Source of the DNA: Dendrobates tinctorius
Lineage: Eukaryota
Direction of reading: 5' to 3'
Assembly: GCF_039654945.1 (NCBI RefSeq)
Contig: NW_027361810.1
Location: forward strand, 8,432,001-8,496,000
Length of the DNA stretch: 64,000 bases
The notes beneath the pieces were generated by a model that searched no databases, was not told the origin of the DNA, and was given only the letters and a program-made list of their open reading frames with translations. A program made the translations under genes and the position numbers. This document shows, in pieces, positions 46,941 to 59,200 of this stretch (position 1 is the first letter of the stretch; each line of letters begins with the position of its first letter).

Positions 46941-47228
46941 ATGAGTCTCTACAACAACCGCTATGGCACCAACCGGGGGTTCAGCAGCAGGTCCCACGGC
47001 TCACTGTCAGGGCGGCCCACCTTATTCCGGGCAAGCACCGGCTACCAGCCTGGAATGCAGCGAACCATCAGCGGCCTGAATCTCTCCCGGGTGACGCCGG
47101 GGTCCAGCACTTTCCTGCTCTCCTCTCTCCCCACCATGGAGGTGGACCCCAAACTGCACCAGATGAGGAACGAGGAGAAGGAGCAGATCAAGGGGCTCAA
47201 CAATCAGTTCGTCAACTTCATAGACAAG
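46941..47228 (+). CDS. K8-like exon 1 (288 nt)
   Basis: gcaccATG; [18 protein letters not shown]...[30 protein letters not shown]|gtaaag. Confidence 0.94.
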
Positions 47229-50200
47229 GTAAAGGTTTACGAGAGGCAGTCAGACTGGAATGAATTTGCAGTGTAGTTGGATATAATATATTGTTATCAG
47301 CCATTTCCCAGTTGTGTAGAGGATGGTGATTATAAGGACACATTCATGTTTTGGGGTCACTATTTCTTTATGGATGATTTGCATAAATCCTCTGCAGCTT
47401 CTATAAGATAGTAACCACGAAATGGAGGAACCGTGAAATAATGTGAGCGGCGGCATGGACCTGCAGTGAGGACTAGAAAGCTGCTGCAATTACATTTTCA
47501 ATGTGAACGATGCCCGAAATGTAACCCTAAAATAAAGTCCACAAGCAGGAATGATAGAGGCGAGATCAGGTACATGCAGGGTACAAATCCTGCGAGTATC
47601 TCATCAGATGAGCAGTATCTGTATCTAATCTTATCAATACTGACTGTTGAACTGTGCATCTAATCATTATATGCAATACAGTCTGCTGAACCATGTATCT
47701 AATCCTAATAAGGAAGAAAGAAATGTCTATCAAGTGGAAAGAGGGGGCATATCTAAAGAAGAATGTAATGCTGTCTGCAGGGAATGCAGGGCAAGAATTA
47801 GAAGATCTAAAGCCAGTAATGAAGTGAAGCTGGCAAGGGAGACCAAAAGCAGCAAAAAAGGATTTTGGGGGTATGTCAAAAGCAAAAGAAAAGTCATAGA
47901 TGCTATAGGATTTTTACCGAATGAAAATGGTGAAGTGGTCAGAAATGATGTTGAGAAGGTCGAACTTTTAAATTCAAATTTTGCATCTGTTTTCTCTAAG
48001 AAATCAAATGTAACATCATCTGATCTTCACGGCGACCTACAAAGGAATAAAGGAATCCACAGGATGCATAAACAGAGAGATGGTGAGGAAACACTGAGAT
48101 AATTTACATAAATTTACATCTCCTGGTCCAGATGAATTACATCGTAGGGTACTGAAAGCGTTAGCAGAGGAAATTGCAGAACCACTAGACAGAATCTTTG
48201 AAAAATCCTAGGGAACAGGAAAAGTCCCAGAAGATTGGAGAAAGACAAATGTTGTGCCTATCTTCAAAAGGGGGAGAAGATGGAGCCAGGAAATTACAGG
48301 CCAGTGAGCCTTACTTCTATACCAGGAAAGATCTGTAATAAACAGCTTGTATGTAAGTACTTGGATAAGCATACAGTAATTAACCAGAGTCAGCATGGGT
48401 TTATAGTGAACAAGTCATGCCAGACTAATCTGATTTCCTTCTATGATGGAATCTCTGACTGGGTGGATCAGGGAAATGCGGCAGATATAGTATATCTCGA
48501 CTTCAGCAAAGCATTTCATAAAGTATCTCATACTATCCTTACTGAATAAATGAGTATGGGATTAACAAGGCTATGGTTAGGTGGATTCATAATTGGCTCA
48601 GTGATCGTCCTCAAAGAGTGGTGATAAATTGTTGCACATCCAATTGGAATAGTGTTTCAAGAGAGGTTCACAAGGCTCTGCCTGGCACCAGTGTTGTTCA
48701 ACATCTTTATCAATGATTTAGATGAAGGAATTGAGGGTAAGCTGGTTATATTTGCTGATGACACAAAGCTAGGAGGGTTAGCTAATACTAGAGAAGACAG
48801 AAAGGATTCAAAAAGATCTAAACAAACTGGAGCAGTGGGCAGCAACTAACAGAATGGTTTTTCCCAGGGAGAAATGCAAAGTCCTACATCTGGGCAATAA
48901 AAATGAAAAAAGCAAATGCAGAATGGGAGGAATAGGGCTAAGCAACGGCACATGTGAAAAAGACTTGGATATACTAATAGATCACAGACTGCACATGAGT
49001 CAACAGTGTGATGCAGCAGCATAAAAGGCAAACAGTTCTAAGATGAATAAAGAGAAGCATCGAGTCTAGATCATGTGAAGTAATTCTCCCCCTCTATTCC
49101 TCCTTGGTCAGGCCTCATCTGGAATACTATGTCCAGTTCTGGGCTCCACATTGTAAAAAAAGACATTGAAAAACTGGAGCAAGTTCAGACAAGAACTACC
49201 AGAGAAGAGCGGACTGCAAAGTATGTTCTACGAGGAACGGTTAAATGATCTTGGAATGTCTATCTTGCAAAAGAGAAGACTGCAAGGAGACTTAATAGCT
49301 GTCTGCAAATATCTGAAGGGCTGTCACAGTGTAGAAGGATCATCATTATTTTCATTTGCACATGGAAACACAACAAGCAATGGAATGAAACTGAAAGGGA
49401 GAAGATACAGATTAGATAATAGAAAAAAAAACTTTTTGTGAGTGAGGGTGATCAATAAATGGAACAGGCGGCCACGAGAGGTGGTGAGTTTTCCTTCAAT
49501 AGAAGTCTTCAAACAGAAGCTGGACAGACATCTGTCTGGGAGGATTTAGCGAATCCTGCTTTGAGCAGGGGGTTGGACCAGATGGCCCAGGAGGTCCCTT
49601 CCAACTCTACGATTCTATGATTCTATGACCGTATTCCTGTGCTGTATGAGATTTCTGGTGTGAAGTACAGTGTGTGTGCACAAGGTCGGACATGCTATCA
49701 TGCAGCTGCTATGGGGATACAGGTCAATGGGGCCCAATTACGGCAGGTCCCATACCCTTTGCTTATTGGGTGCGGACTACTTGTTCAGGACTCTCATTTT
49801 TTGAGGAATAGCCCTTTTAGCAAACATTGGACATTGTGTTGGGGAATTGTCACCTGCACCATATTTCCAGGGCAAAGGGTTGCATAGAAGCTCTAGAATA
49901 TTTTGAATATTTCCAAGTGTACTTGAAGGGCGTGTTTACTTTTGCAATCAATGAGACTGACGTATTCTAGGATGTATAAGCAACTCACTAGCCACAAGTC
50001 ACCGCTGCTGCACCACTACGTAAACATTCAGTGTCACAGAATGGTGCCGCCTTGTATAACTTTGGCACATATTCTGACTCCTCACATCCATGCCTTATAT
50101 TCACACACTATTCAACATGTTAAAGAAACTTAAAAACTTTCTAAAACACAATAAATTTGACACTCAAAGCCATTTTTGGGTACAATTTGTGACAGAATTC

Positions 50201-53200
50201 TGACTTGCTGCGTAAATCTCACATTTTCTTTTTTTCATCATTGCATCTTATTTTTATGTAAAAAAAACAAAAGCAATTTTGTGTAGTTCTGATTGAAATC
50301 TGTTGTTTTGAGTACACAGGTTCTAATGAAACCCATGTGTCTCTATGGTTACAGATTACAGACCATGTGTAGTAAAATCCCGCAGTCTGGTGTTACTTAT
50401 ACAAAACAGAAGTAGACTTAGGCTTATCTGTAATGTTGCTTCGTGGTTTATGTAGATGCATTATTGCAATGATAGTTGTTACAAAAGTTTATACACCCTG
50501 TAAACACATGTGAATCTCCCTTGCAGCATAAGCCAAGACTTGCATGAAGAAAAAGACAACACTTCCTTTATTAGCTGATTAGCTGAAAAGGGGATGCAAA
50601 ATTAATCATTGCTTTAAAAAAATTAAGGGGTCACTTGCTTTTGCAATGCACTGTTATAGAATCCACTTGTAGCAACCACTAGGGGGAGCTCACTGCATAC
50701 AGATTTATACAGCCACCACTAGGGGGAGCTCACTGCATACAGATTTATACAGCCACCACTAGAGGGAGCTCACTACATACAGATTTATACAGCCACCAAT
50801 AGAGGGCGCTCACTACATACAGATCATACAGTCACCACTAGAGGGAGCTCAGTACATACAGATTTATATAGCCACCACTAGAGGGCGCTCACTACATACA
50901 GATTTATACAGTCACCACTAGAGGGATCTCACTACATCCAGATTTATACAGCCACCACTAGGGGGAGCTCACTACATACAGATTTATACAGTCACCACTA
51001 GAGGGAGCTCACTACATACAGATTTATACAGCCACAACTAGATGGCACTCACTACATCCAGATTTATACAGTCACCACTAGAGGGATCTAACTACATCCA
51101 GATTTATACAGCCACCACTAGGGAGAGCTCACTACATACAGATTTATACAGCCTCCACTAGAGGGCGCTCACTACATACAGATTTATACAGCCACCACTA
51201 GAGGGATCTAACTACATCCAGATTTATACAGTCACCACTAGAGGGAGCTCACTGCATACAGATTTATACAGCCACCACTAGAGGGAGCTCACTACATACA
51301 GATTTATACAGCCACCACTAGAGGGCGCTCACTACATACAGATTTATACAGTCACCACTAGAGGGAGCTCACTACATACAGATTTATACAGTCACCACTA
51401 GAGGGAGCTCACTACATGCAGAATTATACAGCCACCAACAGGGGAAGCTCACTACATACAGATTTATACAGCCACAACTAGAGAGAGCTCACTACATACA
51501 GATTTATACAGTCACCACTAGAGGGATCAAACTGCATCCAGATTTATACAGTCACCACTAGAGGGAGCTCACTGCATACAGATTTATACAGCCACCACTA
51601 GAGGGAGCTCACTACATACAGATTTATACAGCCTCCACTAGAGGGATCAAACTGCATCCAGATTTATACAGTCACCACTAGAGGGAGCTCACTGCATACA
51701 GATTTATACAGCCACCACTAGAGGGAGCTCACTACATACAGATTTATACAGCCACCAATAGGGGAAGCTCACTACATACAGATTTATACAGCTTCCACTA
51801 GAGAGAGCTCACTACATACAGATTTATACAGTCACCACTAGGGGGAGCTCACTATATACAGATTTATACAGCCACCACTAGGGGGAGCTCACTACATACA
51901 GATTTGTACAGTCACCACTATGGAGAGCTCACTACATACAGATTTATACAGCCACCACTAGGGGGAGCTCACTACATACAGTTTTATACAGCCACCACTA
52001 GGGGGAGCTCACTACATACAGATTTATACAGCCACCACTAGGGGGAGCTCACTATATACAGGTTTCTATATACAGGTTTCTATATACAGCTCCCAATGAG
52101 CTTAAGACTAGATATATAAATCTATATGCAAGGAGCTCCCCAAGGTGGTGGCTACAGGCAGCAAGAACTGTATGGAAAGCAAAGCTCCAGTATAGGGATG
52201 TGTCATGACACAGCTATCGGGTGACCAGGGGCTCCGTCCCTGTCCATAACACTAGGGAGCTCCCTAGCTCACCCTGTTCTAAGGGATACTTCAGATGGCA
52301 AAGATGACCTTCTGTGACCTTGCCTTATGTCCTGAGTTAGTCCTCCATCTGCATCTGTTCTCTTCCCCCATCCAGGGAAGAGGGGGCGCTACTGTGCACC
52401 GTAGTACACCAACCTGACAAACAAGACAACACAAACAAGGGTTAATAGAAAACTCCAGGCATACAAAATATTCACTCCCATATAACAGGAATGCACTGGG
52501 GAGCGGAGGTAGGGGAATAAACCAAAATAGAGGAGGATAAGGAATTACCACACATACAAAGCCAACAACAGTCACAGATAACTCCTCCAACTCTCCACAT
52601 ATGTCCTCCTCTCCCTCGAAAGCCATGCAGCAAATGCTAGCTCTGACAAGGATTTCGAACAGAACCCAGGTTATAATGGGGAGAGGAATGGCTGAGCTCA
52701 GCTGAGAACACAGGGATTTCCAACATGGCTGATTAACCCCTGTTCTGTCAGAAGAAATAAATACATTTGAAACGAAGGAGAAGTGCTTCTTCTCAGCACC
52801 GCAGCAGGAATAATCAGATTCTGCGGTCTCCTGGCTCCACACTGTCGCGGGAACCCTGTGACAGGATGTTTTAGCTCCTAGAATATAGTGCAAGGGTATG
52901 TTTCCATGGTCAGCATTGGTAGCGCTTTGGACGTAGCTCCATCAAAAGCGCTGCCGGCTTTGTACGCTTGGTGATTCCGCGTGTGTCTATTGAACCATGC
53001 AGAATCACCGCATCCTACATGCTGTAGTCTAGAAAGACGCGCCGCATGTCCAGTTACACAGGGACGCCAGAGGTGTCCCTGCACGCTTAGTGGAGATGGG
53101 ATTTCATGAAATTCCCTCCACTATGCTGTAACATCTGGACGCTGCGGATTGGACGCTGCAGCTGTATGCAGCGTCCAATCTGCAGCATTTACTGACTGTG

Positions 53201-56200
53201 GGAACATACCCTAAGACCTATAAGAAAAGGTGAACACAGCCCTATCAATTTTTTTCACATGCAGAATAATGCAGGTTACATTTGACATCTACTGACAGCC
53301 GGCAGCAGCCCCGATCCCCATGATTGGCAGGTCTCTGTGTGCACATGAGGAGAGACTTGTCAGCACTGCCAAGATGTTGAGGACTGCATTGGACTAGTCA
53401 GTCGAGACATATAAACCCCCGCTGACTCTTCAAGCTGTTTTCTCTGAAAAAAACCCCGCAGCATTTCTTAGTAAAACATGCAGGACTCCAATGACGTAGC
53501 CAGTATCTAGCTCACGCTGCCCATGAATCTGATAACAGCTTCCCTTTAACAATGTGGGAAAACCCTTTAAAACTTCTCAAAGCAGAAGTGTTGTTACAGT
53601 TGTATCTAGACAATCCTATACCCTAAACACATCATTGTAACAATGTAACTTTTCATGTAGAATGTAGCAATCTGCAGTCCAGGCTGGGACTCACAGAAGA
53701 GTGATACATTTGTAAGGACCACATTGCAGGACAGATTTTCAGACTCTGGAGAGAAACATGACGGTTTCCCTTCATTGATAACAATCGGAGATGTTGGAAC
53801 TGATGATAAATATGGGAACTTTTCATTCTACAATGATTCAGCTTTATTGAGAAGCAGCCAGAAGCCTCCGGTCATTTCTCAGGTCTGGAGCACGTTCATG
53901 TTTTGTGAACCCATGTAGCACACAAACCGCAGGACTCCTGTAATCCTGGGCAGGGGCCACTCACAGAATGGTGGGAAAATGATTGTTGGCATCAGAGGAA
54001 TAATGGCCGGATCTTATTTCATTACTGGGTTATTGTGATTGATGCCCTCAGTAAACACAGACTGCATAATCCACAGGGCCGGGCCCTCCCTGCTGCCATT
54101 GTGCTGCCAACCTCCTGTACGGGGTGACTACACACCTGTGTGCTCAGTCCGCGGTGTTTGGGGTTTGTGGTTATGTATAAAGTCAGCACAGTTCTCATGG
54201 TACAGATACTGGGGTCGGCACAGTGCCACGAGGGCCACGGTACAATTGGCTCGAGAGATATTTTAAACCTTCTGGACCCCATTGCATTGCTAGCAGCAGA
54301 CCCCCCAACTATGCTGATCTAGCTACAATTGTGGTGATTTCTATTTTGCAGAGGGGTCTGGATGGATCACGTGCAGAGCCGGACTGGCCATCTGGCAATT
54401 CTGGCAAATGCCAGAAGGGCCTGTCTGGTCCCGGGCCGCCTTGTCTGCTACGTTGTTAACAGAATCCGTGTTCTCAAGACACCCATACTGTTAAGAGTTG
54501 TGACGGAGCACAAAGTCACCGACTCCATCACTTACCCCAGCAGCCACGGGTATCATTAGAAATATTGGTCTTGTAGTAAATCTTCCTTTCCTCCATCCAG
54601 GGAAATATTAGTAATATATCCCATCTGGCGCTGGGGACGGGGACAACATGGGCCTGTGTGATTCCAAATGCCAGGGCTGAATTTCAGCCCCAGTCCGTAC
54701 CTGATCACGTGCAATGAGAAAAGGTCATTCTCGACAGCACATTGTCCTGTGTAAACCAAGAACAATGGCAGCCAATGTGCAGCGGGCGACGTATCACAGA
54801 TCGTTCTATGTGCATCGCTAAGTGCAATTTGCCTGTGCAAATGGGCTGTAATATTGCAAAGTGGCCATTCTGCAGTGCAGGGCCCATGTGGGTCTCCTGG
54901 TGATGATGGATGGACATGCTATCGGAGCAACGTGCCCAGGTGACAGATCTGTGATAGATCGCCCGGTGTGCCTTTGCTCTCGCTTTACACGGGACCATGT
55001 GCTGCTGAGAATTTTGCTGCAAAAAAAAAAAATCATTTACACCCACTAAACGGGGCAAGATGATCGTCAAACAGATGTTCCTAGGAACGATGCTCGGGGC
55101 GTAGAAATGGACCTCAGCTCTGGTCGACCACTCGTGGCAGATTCATTATTTCATTTGCGCCTTTTTCTGTTTAGTTCTTGGTGTTTTGCGCCTGCTTTAC
55201 ATTTGTGCCTAATTCTTCTTTTAATTTGCACTTGTTTTCAAGTCTATTTAAAGCGGCAGCAGTTTCTTCACGTGTTTGGGCTATCAGGGATTCCATACGG
55301 TGAGATTAAGTTGCTATTTCTGCAAACCGCTCAGAAGGGGGCTCTATTTTCTTCCAGTGATGTGGGGGGGGGGTCACTATTTTTGCAGATTGTGTTATAT
55401 GGGTTAACAGTGATTTTTTTAGAAACTCTTTTGGATAGGGGGAAACATGTATAAAAGGACAAGGACTGCTTCTGGGGTTTTAGGAAAAGCCTCATCTGTC
55501 CTCTCCCGAATGGCCTTGATGTCCTCCTCTCAGAAGACCTTAAGGACTGGGCAGGACCACCATATGTGGGACATTGACTCTTCATGAGCCTCACAACGCC
55601 AGCATAAGTCAGAGACCTCAGGGAACCATCTGTGTAGGGCAGAAGGGACCCCATACCCCCCAGAGACTATTTTGTAGCTTGTCTCTCAAGATTTGTGGGA
55701 AAGGTGAAAGCATTTGTCCCATTGTTTCCTTGTAAATGTTTGGTGAAGTTCAGTTTCTCATGCTCTGCAAAAAGGTGGGGGCGTTCCCACGTCATTAGTA
55801 ATTTATAAAGAACAGAAATGGCGCGTGCAGGAACAGAGGGGGCTACACGAATTTCTTCAAAAGGGTCCATTGTCCGGGTGAAATTCGCATGTCTGTCAAC
55901 GGATGTTCCAAAGTGTCAAAGTTGTGTGTATTCAAAGACATGTGATGCCTCAAGAGCCGGACCCCCTAGAATCGCAGACAGAGGCAGGAGAGACCCCCGA
56001 GACCGGTATCAGGTGGGTTTTTTTAATCTGTTTTACACATAGATTACTCACACCTGAATAAAGTTTTTTCAGATTTTACCTGGTTGTGGTGCCGGATATA
56101 ATCCTCTCCTTTTCCTTTATTTTTCATGTACACCATGGTGGGACAAGTTTCAAGATTCCAGATATTTTTGGCTGATTCCTCATTTTTTAATTTTTCAAAT

Positions 56201-59200
56201 GTTGCAAAATTTGTCATCAATGAATATAGCGAAGTGGGCAACTTTTTGTGATTAAAAAAAAGCACAAAACAGGTCAAAAACAAAAATAAAGAGCATTGCT
56301 AACTTTGCACAAAAATCGTAAGCCACATGCACCATTTTAAAGAATTTGGAGCAAAAAAACAAATAAATACAGGACTGAAAAAATAAAAATGCAAGTGTAA
56401 ATTGGGTCTTTAATTCACTCTTACAGCACCATCTAGTGGACATATGTAGTGACTACACTGAGGCAATTCTGCATTGGAAATTGAACATTACCAAATTAGC
56501 AGAACTTTGTCACCTTGTGCCAAATATTGGCTCTAATGACAGCTCAGATTTAAGCCTGGATGATATAATGAAGTTCCTATCTATTTTTTTAAGTTTTATC
56601 TCAAATTGTTTACTATTAATTAGTAAATTGTGACTTTACATTGGCACATTGGATTTGTAATTTTTCAGCAGATGTTTCTAAGATGTGAACAATCTTACAG
56701 GGATTGTATTGTAATATTACACTGTTCTGCTACTTTGCTGTTGTACAGGGTGGGCCATTTATATGGATACACCTAAATAAAATGGGAATGGTTGATGACC
56801 TAGATCGGCGCACTGAATTTGCAGAATGGGCAAAACAAAAATTGGAACAGGACCCTCAGTTTACACAGAACATTATGTTCAGTGATGAGGCAGACTTTTT
56901 TGGGTGGGCCATTTATATGGATACACCTAAATAAAATGGGAATGGTGACAGTTTTCTTGCGTAGGGTGTCTTGCATTGAAATCTGCTGCAATGACCCAGG
57001 TACTGCGTTCACCAGACATCAACACAATTTCTATCCGCTCCTCACGTGTAAGGGTCTGTGCACACGCTGCGGATTCTTGGCCGCTGCGGGTCCGCAGCAG
57101 TTTTTGCTGCGGTGTACAGTACATTATTCCCTATGGGAATAAAAAAACGCAGTGCAAACAGTGCAGATTTTTTCCACCCGGTTTTCCTGCGGATTCCACT
57201 GCGGCTTGCCATCTTCTCCATTGTGGAGATGAAAAACCGCAGGGCAGAACCGCAGGTCTTTTGACCTGCAGATTTACCTGCAGATTCTACAAAATCCGCG
57301 CGGCCAAATCCGCAGCGTGTGTACGTACCTTTAACCTCTGCGACATGTCAATGGCTGTAATCAAAGAGAAACTTGGAAACAACTCATGAAAGAATAAAGT
57401 TACATTAAAACCAAGCACACCATTGTTTTTCTTGTGAAATTCTCAATAAGTTTGATGTCACATGACCCTCTTAACATTGGAAAAAAAAAAGTTGGATCCT
57501 AAATGGCCGACTTCAAAATGGCCGCAATGGTCACCACCCATCTTGAAAAGTTTCCCCCCTCCCATATACTAATGTGCCACAAACAGGGAGTTGATATCAC
57601 CAACCATTCCCATTTTATTTAGGTGTGTCCATAGAAATGGCCCACCCTGTACATTGACAGCTGCAGTGAAGTCAGAATTACACACAACCTCATTGTCGCT
57701 ATACATGAGGACTAACTTGGCCCGTGCAAAATTTTCGCACATTGGTCTTCGGGTCGCTGGCAATTTCAGAAAAAGCCAGCTGGTCAAATGTAAATGTATT
57801 TCATGAGATGATGAACACAGTCTTCTGCTGAACTACAAGTACCAGCAATAATTTCAGACCTTCCTCCTGCAAAACCTGTTTTCTGCTGAGCTACAAACAC
57901 CAGCAGTAACTGCAGACTTTTCCCTGCAAACACTTTGTCTTCTGCTGAACTACAGTATCGGGGACAGTGATGATAATGTGTGCAAACTGTAAAGCGCTGC
58001 GGAATATATTAGTGCTATATAAAAATAAAGATTATTATTATTATTACCAGCAATAATTGCACATTTTTCCCCTGCAAAAGCCTGAACTACAAGTACCAGC
58101 AATAAAAGCAGCCCTCCCCCTGCAAGGTCTCTACTATACGGTCTGTTTCCATCTTTACAGTCATTTCATTAGTGCACAGTGAGGCCAGATCGCTTCTCCC
58201 GTTTTGTGTATACAGCTCCCATGCAGAGTTAGGCGTCTCCATGGCAGCAGACGAATCTCATCACCACATGTAGCCCGTTACATAGTAATATGATAATTAG
58301 CGTACATTATGTGATTGATGCTCCAGTGATTGTTATCTGACAGGTCCGGGACCTGGAGAGACAGAACAAGATCCTGAAGACCCAGCTGAGTCTCCTGAAG
58401 GAGAAGGACACGTACAAGTCCAACATCGATCAGATCACGCTGGCCTCCAGCAATCACCTGAAGCAGCAGATCGATGGCCTCCTGCATGAGAAGGACAAGC
58501 TGCAGGCCGAGCTGCAGAACATGCAAGCCGTGGTGGAGGAGCTAAAGAGCCGGTATGCCTGCTACACAGCGCCAAATACCTGCCCCTATAATGCTGCCAT
58601 ATGGTGCACGAATAATGGCGACATACAACAGTGCAATAATGACACCACTGTAGTGCTCAAATAATAAATGATAACTGTAAAATATGATCGAACTAAATAG
58701 TGCCACGCATTGCCCATATCACATGGCCATACATTGTATATATACGTAATAGTGCCTTACACAATAATACTGCTATGTAGCCGTCAAATAATAATGCTAC
58801 AATATCGAAATATATAACTAAAAAATGCCGCCATACAAAGTCTATCTAGTAATGCCATATGGTGCATGTAGAGTAGTGCAATACACAATGCCATGATAAT
58901 GCTGCTATGAAGCGCTCAAATAATAACGCTATAATAACTATGATATTTCACATGGACATTGGATCTGTTTTTTCAGATTGAGCACCCGTTCTTTTGGGCA
59001 TAATGGCGTTTCTATAGTGTGTGACTTGATAAAGCAGGATTGCTTGTGCTTTGTGGTGGCGCAGCTGTGCCGATTTCTTTTTCTCTCATGTATTGACTTG
59101 TATGATATTATATAATATCACTAAATAATACCAAAATACAGGGCCATGCATTGCCCATATAATACCGCCATTTATTAGATACGTAATAGTGCTATACACA

